DNA of 51,766 bases from Nanobdellota archaeon (GCA_022703705.1 JAKLDD010000003.1:1-51766), one strand, 5' to 3'; positions 9,734-19,043 are shown, numbered from the stretch's first letter. Numbers and translations are program-made. Notes: a model not told the origin generated them from the sequence alone.

Positions 9734-9770
9734 GATTAAACGATGAAAAAGTAGATTTTAAAGTTTGGGG

Positions 9771-10427
9771 TTAAGATAAATAATTCCATACTGGACTAAA
9801 CTCATCAGGATAAAGTACAAGCATTTTACACATATTAACATATTCATAACCTTCTTTTAGAATATTAGAGAATTGAGAATAAGAATTTGATTTAAATATG
9901 TTTAATTTACCTTCCTTTCTAAATATATGCTCTTGATTTACAAATTTTCTCTCTTTGCAATTAAATTTATTATAAAACAAACCAATTCCAGAAGGAGTAA
10001 CACATAACCCGGAGAAACCAATTATTGTTAACTCTTTATTTACTTTTCTTAAATTTTGGATAACTTCATTCAAACCATTTAATGAATCTTTATAAAAATC
10101 TTTTTTACCAGATAATCTTTCAATATGATAAATATGCAATCCAATTTCTTTATCCCTTGAATTATCAAAAAGGGTTTTGGAATTTAAATCTGCCTCAGAT
10201 AACTTTCCACTAATCAATTTATTCCAACCATTTTTATTTAAGGGTATTGTAATACACATTCCCACAAGTTCTCCTTTGTCATTTTCAAAAATCATTCCAA
10301 ATTCTGGATTTTTTTTATACCAATTACTTAAAATCTCTGATGTCACAGGATTATCAGTAGGATAAACTTTTTTATCAAGTTTAAGAAGCAATTCATAATC
10401 TTTTTTAGATATTGAACGAAATTTCAT
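9771..10427 (-). CDS. Hypothetical protein, possibly GNAT-like acetyltransferase
   Basis: 218-aa ORF. ELVGMCITIPL...IGLHIYHIE has a weak GNAT-like layout. Confidence 0.3.
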   Translation of the reverse strand: MKFRSISKKDYELLLKLDKKVYPTDNPVTSEILSNWYKKNPEFGMIFENDKGELVGMCITIPLNKNGWNKLISGKLSEADLNSKTLFDNSRDKEIGLHIYHIERLSGKKDFYKDSLNGLNEVIQNLRKVNKELTIIGFSGLCVTPSGIGLFYNKFNCKERKFVNQEHIFRKEGKLNIFKSNSYSQFSNILKEGYEYVNMCKMLVLYPDEFSPVWNYLS

Positions 10428-10482
10428 CCAACCTTAAAGAAAACTAAATGGGTTTATAAAATTTGGTTAATTAAAAAATAAT

Positions 10483-12858
10483 TTAAACAAATTCGACTTC
10501 AAACCCTTTTCCTTCTTTTGTTACCTTAGCATTTGAAACATTTTTCAAATCTTCCAAAACAGATTTTATTTCTTCATAATCTTCTTTTCTTAATGTCAAG
10601 GCAATCTCTGAATTCATTGGTTTTTGTTGTTTAGATTTTTCTTGCCTTATTTGCGAGATAATAAAATATAATTTATCTAATATTTCTGAATCTTTTTTAT
10701 TTTCTTTTTCCTTATTATTAAATTCTGGCCAACTAGATAAATGAATAGATTTAATTTTTTCATTTCTCTTAAAATATTCCTGATAAATTTCTTCACTAAT
10801 AAAAGGCATTATTGGGGAAATCAGCTTTAAAATTGTTAAAAGAGATTTATACAAAGTATATTGTGCAGATAATTTTAAATTTCCCTCTCCCTGGTAGATT
10901 CTCTTCTTTACAATTTCTAGGTAATTATCGCAAAAATCTTTCCAAAAAAATTGTTCAACTTCCTGTTTAACTCTTGAGTATTCATATTTCTTAAATTCAT
11001 CTGTACAATTTTTAACAAGATAATTAAGTTTATTTAAAAAAAGTTCATCTAATTTTTCTAATTTTTTTGGTTTTTTGAAATGATAATCACCTAAATTCAT
11101 AAAAACAAATCTTGAAGCATTAATTATCTTGTTTATCATTTTTGTCCCAGCCATCAAATCTTTTTCTTGGTAATCCAAATCATTTCCAAGCTTGCTTCCT
11201 GCTGCCCAAAATCTTAAAGCATCTGAACCATACTTATCCATAATATCTATAGGAGAAACAACATTTCCTTTAGACTTCGACATTTTTTCTCCCCCTAAAG
11301 AAACATTTCCAGAAATAACAATCTCTTTCCAAGGGATTTTATTTTCATGCAAGTAACTTTTAACAATTGTATAAAATGCCCAAGTCCTGATTATATCATG
11401 TCCCTGGGGCCTCAAAGAATAAGGAATAACAACTTTATTTTTAATAAGAGAACTTGCAATTTGAGGAGTTAACGAAGAGGTTGCCCAGGTATCAAAAACC
11501 ATTTTTTCTGGTTCTGCTTCAGATTTACATTTAGGGCAATTTTTTTTGATTTGCAAGGGATCAACAGGCAATTCTTTTTCTTTAGCAAGAATTATTTCAT
11601 TGCATTTTCTGCATTTCCAAACAGGTATTGGAACTCCAAAATGTCTATTTCTTGAAATAGACCAATCCCACTCCAAACCATTAACCCAATTATCGTATCT
11701 TTTATGCATAAATTCAGGATACCATTTAATTTTATTTCCCTGTTCAATAAATTTTTTCTTTTTATCCAATATTTTTATGAACCATTGATTTGTAGGAATA
11801 AACTCTATTTCCTGCCCGCATTTATCATGACAATTAACAACATGATTTATTTCTTTTTGCTCTAAAATCAAATTTTCTTTCTTTAAATCCTCGAGGATTT
11901 TTTTTCTGGCTTCTTTAATTTTTAGCCCCTTATATTCTCCAAAATTCACTCTTCCAGATGTATCCAAAATTATTTTAGGGATTAACTTATGCCTATTTAT
12001 GGCATCAACATCATATTTATCTCCATATGAACAAACCATTAATGCCCCTGTTCCTTTATTTGGGTCAGCCGATGCATCTTTAATTATCGGAACTTCAAAA
12101 TTAAACAGGGGAACTCTAGCCTTTTTTCCAACAAAATCAGAATATTTCTTATCTGAAGGGTGCACAAAGACTGCCACACAAGCCCCTAAAAGTTCTGGCC
12201 TTGTTGTTGCTATCGGCAAATTTTTATTTTCACAAGAAAATTTCAAAGTTGAAAACAAACTTTTTTCATTTTTATCTTCAAGTTCTGCTTGAGCAATTGA
12301 GGTTTGACATTCTGGACACCACATTGTAGGAAATTCTTTCTGGTATGCTTCTCCAGATTTGTACAAATCAATAAAAGATTTTTGAGAAATTTTTCTTGAA
12401 TTATCATCTATTGTAGAATAATAAACATTATAATCTGCAGATATTCCCAAGTTCTTAAAATCCTGAATACAATCAGGAGTTATTTCTTTTAAGGTTTTAA
12501 TGCATAAATCAATAAAATCTGCTCTTCCCATATTTTTACTCTTTACATTTTTTGTTTTTTCTATAAATCTTTCTGTTGGCAACCCATTGTCGTCTGTCCC
12601 AAAAGGATAAAAAATACCTCCATTCTTATTTGCTAAAAACATTCTTTGAAACCTTATGATAAAATCCTGTTGAGAATAACTAAAAGCATGACCAATATGC
12701 ATTTTTCCTGAAATATATGGGGGAGGAGTATCAATTGAATAGATATTTTTTTTGTTTATTGGATTAAATTCAAATATTTTTTCTTTTTCCCAAAAGTTTT
12801 TCCATTTTTCTTCAATTTCTTTGAAATTATATTTTGAATCAGCCATGTATAAATCCAT
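10483..12858 (-). CDS. valS: Valyl-tRNA synthetase
   Basis: HIGH motif (PPPYISGKMHIGHAF), KMSKS (KMSKSKGN), the CP1 editing region, and FFWKDFCDNYLEIVK typical of ValRS. Confidence 0.85.
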   Translation of the reverse strand: MDLYMADSKYNFKEIEEKWKNFWEKEKIFEFNPINKKNIYSIDTPPPYISGKMHIGHAFSYSQQDFIIRFQRMFLANKNGGIFYPFGTDDNGLPTERFIEKTKNVKSKNMGRADFIDLCIKTLKEITPDCIQDFKNLGISADYNVYYSTIDDNSRKISQKSFIDLYKSGEAYQKEFPTMWCPECQTSIAQAELEDKNEKSLFSTLKFSCENKNLPIATTRPELLGACVAVFVHPSDKKYSDFVGKKARVPLFNFEVPIIKDASADPNKGTGALMVCSYGDKYDVDAINRHKLIPKIILDTSGRVNFGEYKGLKIKEARKKILEDLKKENLILEQKEINHVVNCHDKCGQEIEFIPTNQWFIKILDKKKKFIEQGNKIKWYPEFMHKRYDNWVNGLEWDWSISRNRHFGVPIPVWKCRKCNEIILAKEKELPVDPLQIKKNCPKCKSEAEPEKMVFDTWATSSLTPQIASSLIKNKVVIPYSLRPQGHDIIRTWAFYTIVKSYLHENKIPWKEIVISGNVSLGGEKMSKSKGNVVSPIDIMDKYGSDALRFWAAGSKLGNDLDYQEKDLMAGTKMINKIINASRFVFMNLGDYHFKKPKKLEKLDELFLNKLNYLVKNCTDEFKKYEYSRVKQEVEQFFWKDFCDNYLEIVKKRIYQGEGNLKLSAQYTLYKSLLTILKLISPIMPFISEEIYQEYFKRNEKIKSIHLSSWPEFNNKEKENKKDSEILDKLYFIISQIRQEKSKQQKPMNSEIALTLRKEDYEEIKSVLEDLKNVSNAKVTKEGKGFEVEFV

Positions 12859-12897
12859 CCACCAAACTTTTAAAAACTATCTTTTTCTAAAATAATA

Positions 12898-13056
12898 ATG
12901 GCATCCGACAATAAAATCAATCTCCCTGGAAGCTTTGGGGGTTTAATGAGATTCAGTGAAGAATACTCTAGTTATATTAATCTAAAACCAGCACACGTAA
13001 TTGCATTTGTAATTTTAATAATTGCAATAAGAGTTATTATGCCTTGGGTATTTTAA
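12898..13056 (+). CDS. secG: Preprotein translocase subunit Sec61-beta (archaeal SecG)
   Basis: 52-aa ORF below the track cutoff: MASDNKINLPGSFGGLMRFSEEYSSYINLKPAHVIAFVILIIAIRVIMPWVF. GGLMRF plus a single C-terminal TM helix is the Sec61-beta pattern. Its stop is 1 nt before the NAC start. Confidence 0.7.
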   Translation: MASDNKINLPGSFGGLMRFSEEYSSYINLKPAHVIAFVILIIAIRVIMPWVF

Positions 13057-13057
13057 C

Positions 13058-13390
13058 ATGTTTTCAGGGATAAATCCAAAGAAGATGCAAGCCATGATGA
13101 AACAAATGGGTATTTCTCAGCAGGAAATAGATGCTTCCCGGGTTATAATTGAAAAAACTAATGGGGGAAGAATAATAATTGAAAACCCTTCTGTAACAAA
13201 AATAGTAATGCAGGGGCAGGATACATTTCAAATTGCTGGAGACCATTTTGAAGAATCTGTAAAAGAAGAAATTTCTGAACAAGACATAAGAACAGTTATG
13301 GAAAAAACAGGAGTTTCAGAAGAAGAAGCAAGAGAAACACTTGAAAGAACAGGAGATTTAGCTGAAGCAATTCTTGAATTAAGTGAATAA
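13058..13390 (+). CDS. nac: Nascent polypeptide-associated complex protein (NAC, with UBA domain)
   Basis: NPKKMQAMMKQMGI, a NAC beta-barrel segment, and a C-terminal UBA-like region VMEKTGVSEEEARETLERTGDLAEAI. Confidence 0.85.
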   Translation: MFSGINPKKMQAMMKQMGISQQEIDASRVIIEKTNGGRIIIENPSVTKIVMQGQDTFQIAGDHFEESVKEEISEQDIRTVMEKTGVSEEEARETLERTGDLAEAILELSE

Positions 13391-13391
13391 A

Positions 13392-13586
13392 ATGACAACA
13401 ATAATAAACAAAACCCAAGAAACAATAGAAGAACTAAAAAAACAAGGTAAAATTGAAGATGTTGATTATAAATTACTTGAAAAAATAGATAATCTAAATA
13501 AAGAAGTAAACAGAGACTATCTTATCAAAGAACATAACTCTTGGATAAACTCAGAAAATTGTTATGTTTTCCAAAATTTTAATTAA
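13392..13586 (+). CDS. Small hypothetical protein (tandem paralog 1)
   Basis: The first ATG (13392) lies just after the NAC stop; the track start at 13383 is GTG. Begins MTTIINKTQETIEELKKQGKIEDVD. Confidence 0.4.
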   Translation: MTTIINKTQETIEELKKQGKIEDVDYKLLEKIDNLNKEVNRDYLIKEHNSWINSENCYVFQNFN

Positions 13587-13587
13587 A

Positions 13588-13806
13588 ATGACAAAACTAA
13601 TTAACCCTATAGAAAGAATGGTTAAAAGAATGATAAAAAAAGGAGAAATAAAAGTACTAGACAAACCAGAAGACTTGGAAATGATAAATATAACATGGAA
13701 TGAAATTGAAAAAGATATGGAAGAGTATAAAACAATGGATAATTATAGAAAAGGTCTTTCATCAATTGAACCAAATAAAATATTAATTTATCAAAAAATT
13801 AACTGA
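13588..13806 (+). CDS. Small hypothetical protein (tandem paralog 2)
   Basis: ATG at 13588 lies 1 nt after the previous stop. MTKLINPIERMVKRMIKKGEIKVLD parallels the N-terminus of the preceding ORF. Confidence 0.4.
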   Translation: MTKLINPIERMVKRMIKKGEIKVLDKPEDLEMINITWNEIEKDMEEYKTMDNYRKGLSSIEPNKILIYQKIN

Positions 13807-13943
13807 TTTTATATTTTTCATCAAAAAATTTCCAAAAAACTTTCACTCCTATAAAACAGCAAAAGATATATAAATATCGAGTACTTGATAAATTACACTT
13901 CTAAACCGAACATTTTGAGCAGGAGGGGAAAGTCTAAAAGTTA

Positions 13944-14387
13944 ATGGAAGATATCATACAAGAAAAAATAAGCGCCGATCACCTTTTATATGTAAGTTTA
14001 AAATACACCAAGACTTGTGATGTAATAAAAAATCTTATTCTTAGATGGAGAAAGATGATTGAAACCAGTATAGAAGAAATTCTTAAACATGCAAAAAAAA
14101 GAAAAAAAATTTCTTCAATTCCATCTAATCCTTTAGGAAAACTTGAAGAAGTGAGAAAACTCTTCAAAAAAGAAAAAAACTTTTTAGAAATAATTGAAAT
14201 GTATGAAATGTTCAGAAAAATAGATGAATTAAGGACAGAAAGAATAGGGGAATTTAGAAAAAATGTAACCTTGCGTATATATTATCAAGGAAAAGAGATT
14301 AACATTAATCTGGAAAAATTAAAAGAATACGCTGAAAAGTTAGAAAGATTTATAAGCCTCACAAAGCAATTTTTAGTATCCAAATAA
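13944..14387 (+). CDS. Hypothetical protein
   Basis: 147-aa ORF with ordinary K/E-rich composition. No motif recognised. Confidence 0.45.
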   Translation: MEDIIQEKISADHLLYVSLKYTKTCDVIKNLILRWRKMIETSIEEILKHAKKRKKISSIPSNPLGKLEEVRKLFKKEKNFLEIIEMYEMFRKIDELRTERIGEFRKNVTLRIYYQGKEININLEKLKEYAEKLERFISLTKQFLVSK

Positions 14388-14412
14388 ATCAAATATATCT
14401 AATAAATTTAAA

Positions 14413-15180
14413 ATGAATAAAATAATTGTTATTACCTCTGGAAAAGGGGGCGTTGGAAAAACAACAACAGCTATAAACTTGGGTGCTGCAATTAATTATT
14501 TTGGAGGGGATGTTTTAGTGGTTGATGGAAATTTATCAACTCCAAATATTGGGGTATATCTTAATTCTCCAGAAGTCCCTGTAAACTTAAATCATGTTCT
14601 TTCAAATAAGGCAGAACCCAATGAAGCAGTTTATGAACACGAATCTGGAATGAAGATAATGCTTTCTTCTCTTTCTATAAAAGAATTGAAAAAAATAAAA
14701 CCAGACAGAATTAAAGATTTTAAAAAAGATTTTAAAAAAATATCTAATTATGTAATTGTAGATAGCTCTGCTGGATTAGGAAATGAAGCGATTTCTACAA
14801 TTGACTTAGCAGATGAAATAATAATTGTCACAAATCCAGAAATTCCTGCAATAACAGATGCATTAAAAACAATAAAACTTGCCAAGCAAATGAATAAAGA
14901 TGTAAAAGGAGTTATAGTCACAAGAGTCAGAAAAGATGATATAGAAATGACTCCTGAAAATGTTAAAGATATGCTTGAAGTTCCAATTTTAGGAATGATT
15001 CCAGAAGATAATTATGTAAAAAAAGCTCTCAATAAAAAAGATGCTATAATTCATGTTTATCCCAAATCAAAATCTGCAAGAGCGTATAAAGAAATTGCAG
15101 CCCAAATTCTTGATGTGGATTATGATTCAAGAAAAGATGCACCTTCAATTTGGGAGATTTTGTTCAAAAAAGAAAATTAG
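14413..15180 (+). CDS. minD: MinD/ParA-family P-loop ATPase (archaeal MinD-like)
   Basis: Deviant Walker A IIVITSGKGGVGKTTTAINLG, a Walker B-like VIVDSSAG, and a length of about 255 aa. Confidence 0.8.
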   Translation: MNKIIVITSGKGGVGKTTTAINLGAAINYFGGDVLVVDGNLSTPNIGVYLNSPEVPVNLNHVLSNKAEPNEAVYEHESGMKIMLSSLSIKELKKIKPDRIKDFKKDFKKISNYVIVDSSAGLGNEAISTIDLADEIIIVTNPEIPAITDALKTIKLAKQMNKDVKGVIVTRVRKDDIEMTPENVKDMLEVPILGMIPEDNYVKKALNKKDAIIHVYPKSKSARAYKEIAAQILDVDYDSRKDAPSIWEILFKKEN

Positions 15181-15231
15181 AGTTCAACTATTACCGGATT
15201 TTGAAATTATAATAAATACTTAAATTAAGGT

Positions 15232-15573
15232 TTAACTTATTTTGCTACCATTTTCAATATCTTTTTCGGGGCAAATTAAAACCACCTTAGAATGATCCTC
15301 TGAGACAGCAGCAAGCAACATTCCCTGGCTTTCAATTCCTTTCATTAATCTTGGTTTAAGATTAACAAAAACAACAATCTTCTTGTTTTGCAATTCTTTT
15401 TTAGAATAATATTCTTTAATTCCTGCACAAATAGTTCTCTTGCCAATTTCCTTTCCAACATCAACACTCAACTTGTAAAGTTTATCTGCTCCAGAAATAT
15501 CCTCAATTTTCTTAATCTGAGCAACTCGCAAATCAATCTTCTGCCATTCATTAAATTCAACAATTCCTTCCAT
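15232..15573 (-). CDS. Stand-alone tRNA-binding domain protein (Trbp111/CsaA/MetRS C-terminal-domain-like)
   Basis: IDLRVAQIKKIEDISGADKLYKLSVDVG...RTICAGIKEYY...KKIVVFVNLKPRLMKGIESQGMLLAA is the EMAP/Trbp111 OB-fold pattern. Confidence 0.8.
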   Translation of the reverse strand: MEGIVEFNEWQKIDLRVAQIKKIEDISGADKLYKLSVDVGKEIGKRTICAGIKEYYSKKELQNKKIVVFVNLKPRLMKGIESQGMLLAAVSEDHSKVVLICPEKDIENGSKIS

Positions 15574-15630
15574 TTTTATTGATATTCATAAATTAAAAAA
15601 ATGAACTTTAAAAGATTTTAGATAATCTGC

Positions 15631-16206
15631 TTAAATACAACGCGGACCTGCAAGGATATATGTTTCTTTAACATAATTTGTTGCAGCAGTACATGAACAT
15701 TCAACATAAGTACTACCAGAACCACAAGATCCTGCAGCAGTATAACTTACATCATTCCCACCTGCACAAGAACTACTAAACTCTCCTCTACAAGCAATCC
15801 CTGCACAAACAGAACCACAAATAGTACTTAATGTATTCGAAGGAAGTGAGCTACAAACAGCCCCATAATTCACACTTCCATAAAAAGCTTGATTACAATA
15901 TTCGGTTTCAAATTTACAAGTAGCAGGTGCATTATAACATAATCCACTTCCATTAATCCAAAATCTTGAATCAGTTGCACCAGGTGAAGTGCAAGCCCAA
16001 GCACTTCCTGTCCAAGTTAAAACCTGATTTGCTGAACATGAAGTAGGCGGAGCTAATTCTCCAGCACTATGTCCAAAAACAGAAGGGTTATTTGTTCCAA
16101 GAGCATAAACTCCAATAGCTAATAAAACCACCATGCAAAGGGTAATTATAGTATATGCAAATTTATTAGATATATTCTTGAACATTTCCCTCTTTTTCTT
16201 TTGCAT
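15631..16206 (-). CDS. Cys/Gly/Ser/Ala-rich secreted or membrane-anchored protein
   Basis: Basic N-terminus plus TM helix (FAYTIITLCMVVLLAIGVYALG). The mature part is rich in Cys and almost free of Lys/Glu, and is visibly more G+C-rich than its neighbours. Confidence 0.6.
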   Translation of the reverse strand: MQKKKREMFKNISNKFAYTIITLCMVVLLAIGVYALGTNNPSVFGHSAGELAPPTSCSANQVLTWTGSAWACTSPGATDSRFWINGSGLCYNAPATCKFETEYCNQAFYGSVNYGAVCSSLPSNTLSTICGSVCAGIACRGEFSSSCAGGNDVSYTAAGSCGSGSTYVECSCTAATNYVKETYILAGPRCI

Positions 16207-16250
16207 AATTAAAATAAAGAAATACTATTTAAATACTTTTTGATGATTAT

Positions 16251-17663
16251 TTAAGTTTTTCTGAATAAGATTTCATTTTTCTTTATTTTTACATCCTTAT
16301 TTAAAGGATTTTTAATCTCACTAAATAAAATTTTAAATTCAAACTGCTTTGCAATTTTTTCTGAAGTTTTCGGAATAAAAGGCCAAAGTAAAATTCCAAT
16401 TGCTTTTATTGAATCAGCGAGTTCATAAAGAATTTTTTTATCTTTAGTTTCCCAAACTTTATTTTTTTGCACATATTCATTACAAACATCAATAAATGCA
16501 AAAATTTCATTCAAGACCTTGTCAAATTCATAATTTTCAAATAATTTTTCTATTTTACCCAATTTTAGATTTTTCAAAAGTTTATTATCACATTTTTGAA
16601 TTCCATTTTTTTCTATTAAAGCAGAAACTCTTGAGATCAAATTTCCAAGTTTATCTGCAAGTTCATTATTATGCCTTTTTATCAAAAGTTCTTCAGAATA
16701 ATCTGAATCATAAAAAACAGGACATCTCAATAGAAAGTATCTTACAGAATCTTCCCCATATTTTTCAGCAAGTTCAACTGGATTAACTACATTCCCTTTA
16801 CTTTTGCTCATTTTACTTCCTCCAAAATTAATATAACCATGAACTAAAAGTTTTTTTGGAAGTTTTATTCCGGCAGATATCAAAATTGCGGGCCAGATTA
16901 CAGAATGAAACCAATTGATTCCTTTCCCTACAACATGGACATCTGCAGGCCAGTTTCCATTTGCCCCAGAATAATAATTTATTAAAGCATCAAACCAAAC
17001 ATAAATTTTAAATTTATTGTCAATAGGATTATCAATACCCCAATTTAAATTAGCCCTTGCAACGCATAAATCTTTTAATTCTTCATTTTTTAATCTTGAT
17101 AAAATTTCATTTTTCTTTTCTTTAGGAATTATATATTTTTCTGCGAGTTTTATTAGTTTATCTTTGTATTTACTAAGTTTAAAGAAATAAGAATCTTCTG
17201 AAAGATATTCTGGTTTTATGTTGTGGTCTGGGCACTTCCCATTAACCAAATCTTTTTCTGTAATAAATGCTTCACATCCAACACAATAAAATCCTTCATA
17301 TTTTCCTTTGTAAATATCTCCTTTTTCAAATACTTTTTTAAATATCTCTTGAGATATTTTCTTGTGCTCTTTTTCAGTTGTTCTAATAAATCTATTATAA
17401 TCTATGTTTAATTTTTTGCATAATTCAATGAACAATTTGTGGTTTTCATCGACAAACTTTTGTGTTTCAATACCTTTTTCCCGTGCAGCACGGGCATTTG
17501 TTTGTGCATTCTCATCTGTTCCAGTTAAAAACCATGTTTCCTGTCCCTTAATTTTTTTCCATCTGATTATAGCATCTGCTATAACTTTTTCAAATGCATG
17601 CCCTATATGAGGAGCAGCATTAACATAATCAATTGCAGTTGTAACATAAAATTTTTTTGCCAT
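16251..17663 (-). CDS. metG: Methionyl-tRNA synthetase core (no C-terminal tRNA-binding domain)
   Basis: HIGH (APHIGHAF), a CxxC zinc knuckle (FYCVGCEAF..GKCPDH) and KMSKS (KMSKSKGN). At 470 aa it ends after the anticodon-binding helical domain. Confidence 0.85.
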   Translation of the reverse strand: MAKKFYVTTAIDYVNAAPHIGHAFEKVIADAIIRWKKIKGQETWFLTGTDENAQTNARAAREKGIETQKFVDENHKLFIELCKKLNIDYNRFIRTTEKEHKKISQEIFKKVFEKGDIYKGKYEGFYCVGCEAFITEKDLVNGKCPDHNIKPEYLSEDSYFFKLSKYKDKLIKLAEKYIIPKEKKNEILSRLKNEELKDLCVARANLNWGIDNPIDNKFKIYVWFDALINYYSGANGNWPADVHVVGKGINWFHSVIWPAILISAGIKLPKKLLVHGYINFGGSKMSKSKGNVVNPVELAEKYGEDSVRYFLLRCPVFYDSDYSEELLIKRHNNELADKLGNLISRVSALIEKNGIQKCDNKLLKNLKLGKIEKLFENYEFDKVLNEIFAFIDVCNEYVQKNKVWETKDKKILYELADSIKAIGILLWPFIPKTSEKIAKQFEFKILFSEIKNPLNKDVKIKKNEILFRKT

Positions 17664-17702
17664 ATAAAAATAATAGAAATAGAATATAAAAAGTTAATTA
17701 TC

Positions 17703-18077
17703 TCAAGAATTATTAGAATAACGATCAGCAACATAATCTTCGACATTTCTTCTTTTCCTTTCATATAAATCTTTATCTTTAAATGCGTTTTTGAATAGCT
17801 TATTCATATTCAATAAGGTAGGAGAATAAAAAGTATCATAACTCTCAAAAAGATACCTAAAATCTGTTCCTTCAACTTTTCCTTCAACACTTCTTATTTC
17901 AACAAAAGAATAGCTAGAAGAAATTTCAGAAGATATTGAATCAAGTATTTTCCTTATTTTTCCTTTCCGGTCTTTATCATCAACAACAACAAAATGATAC
18001 CTTACAAGTTCAAAATCATCTGGGGATTTTTCCCAATTCCACCTTATATGTCTTTCTTTTTTATTTATTTTTCCCAT
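17703..18077 (-). CDS. Hypothetical protein
   Basis: I prefer the ATG at 18077 (MGKINKKERH) because a TTTATATA-like box sits about 30 nt upstream (leaderless layout). The track start at 18125 is also an ATG. Confidence 0.4.
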   Translation of the reverse strand: MGKINKKERHIRWNWEKSPDDFELVRYHFVVVDDKDRKGKIRKILDSISSEISSSYSFVEIRSVEGKVEGTDFRYLFESYDTFYSPTLLNMNKLFKNAFKDKDLYERKRRNVEDYVADRYSNNS

Positions 18078-18172
18078 ATCACTAAAGAAAAGATGAAATA
18101 TATAAAAATTGTTATAACCAATCATATAATATACATAAACCTTTTAAAACAATCTTTCTATAAAATATAACC

Positions 18173-18856
18173 ATGTTTTCAAAAAAAAATTGCAAAAAAT
18201 GTGGAGAGAAATTAAGCAAAAGATATGACTTTTGCCCCATTTGTGGGACTCCTGTAAATACAAATAAAAGAAATGAAGAGGATGGATTTGGATTACTTGG
18301 AAAAAACGATTTTTTTGAAAATTCCGATTCTCTTTCAACTTCATTATTCGGAGGATTAAGTGGAGGGATAATGAATAAAATGTTAAACAATGCAATGAAA
18401 ATGCTTGAAAAAGAATTACAACAAAATATGAGAGTTCAAAATTCCGCAAAAAATAATGAAAATATTCCTAGAACAAAATTTAGATTAATGATAAACGGAA
18501 AAGAGGTTAATCTCAATGATGGAACCCTGATTAAAAAAAATCCTCCAAAAAAAGAACCTTTAAAAAAAGATAATTTTAATGAGTTTACAGAAGAGCAAAA
18601 TGAGCGATTTTCTAAATTAAAAAAAATAATGCCTGAAAGTCATTTAAAAAGAATAGATGATAAAATAATTTATGAAATTGAACTTCCGGGAGTGGATTCT
18701 TTAAAAGATACTTCCATTATACAACTTGAAGATGGAATAGAAATAAGAGCCCTTTCAGAAAAAAAAGCCTATCTTAAAAGAGTTCCCCTTAACTTATCAA
18801 TATTAAATTATTATCTTTCAAAAAATCTGCTTATTCTTGAATTTAAGGGAAATTAA
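18173..18856 (+). CDS. Zinc-ribbon protein with C-terminal Hsp20/alpha-crystallin-like domain
   Basis: N-terminal CKKCGEKLSKRYDFCPICG. The C-terminal IIYEIELPGVDSLKDTSIIQLEDGIEIRALSEKKAYLKRVPL resembles an alpha-crystallin core. Confidence 0.45.
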   Translation: MFSKKNCKKCGEKLSKRYDFCPICGTPVNTNKRNEEDGFGLLGKNDFFENSDSLSTSLFGGLSGGIMNKMLNNAMKMLEKELQQNMRVQNSAKNNENIPRTKFRLMINGKEVNLNDGTLIKKNPPKKEPLKKDNFNEFTEEQNERFSKLKKIMPESHLKRIDDKIIYEIELPGVDSLKDTSIIQLEDGIEIRALSEKKAYLKRVPLNLSILNYYLSKNLLILEFKGN

Positions 18857-18885
18857 CTACTCACAATCTCTCCCTTGGAAATATA

Positions 18886-18977
18886 TGAGGCTGCACAGAT
18901 TTGAACTGTGGACCCCTGCCTTACTGATTTTTTGAAACTATCAGAGCAGTGCTCTAACCAGACTGAGCTACAGCCTC
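18886..18977 (-). tRNA. tRNA-Ile (anticodon GAU) with 17-nt canonical intron
   Basis: Hand-folded cloverleaf. Acceptor GAGGCTG/CAGCCTC plus discriminator A. D arm GCTC-AGTCTGGTTA-GAGC. Anticodon stem CTGCT/GGCAG with loop CT-GAT-A...A. T arm CACAG-TTCAAAT-CTGTG. CCA is not encoded. Confidence 0.85.
18922..18938 (-). other. tRNA-Ile intron (position 37/38, bulge-helix-bulge compatible)
   Basis: The intron is GTTTCAAAAAATCAGTA. Its ATCAG pairs with the anticodon-loop CTGAT, leaving 3-nt bulges at both junctions. Confidence 0.7.
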
Positions 18978-19043
18978 ATATGATTTTGTAGGCAGGATGG
19001 TTTGTTCATAGAACTTTAACCAGACTGAGCTACAGCCTCATAT
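18978..19043 (-). repeat. Leader module: direct repeat of the tRNA-Ile 5' 23 nt (19039-19017) plus 39-nt spacer (19016-18978)
   Basis: GAGGCTGTAGCTCAGTCTGGTTA occurs twice, 23/23 identical (27/27 counting the preceding ATAT). The spacer is AAGTTCTATGAACAAACCATCCTGCCTACAAAATCATAT. Confidence 0.9.

Noticed and set aside
13921-13928. GGAGGGG as the Shine-Dalgarno sequence for the 13944 ORF
   Set aside because: The spacing to the ATG (~16 nt) is longer than for the three convincing SD sites in the window (5-10 nt), so it is not called.
18112-18449. Two overlapping minus-strand ORFs (92 and 101 aa)
   Set aside because: They are antisense to the zinc-ribbon/ACD gene, which has a clear CxxC...CxxC start. 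Neither has any motif.
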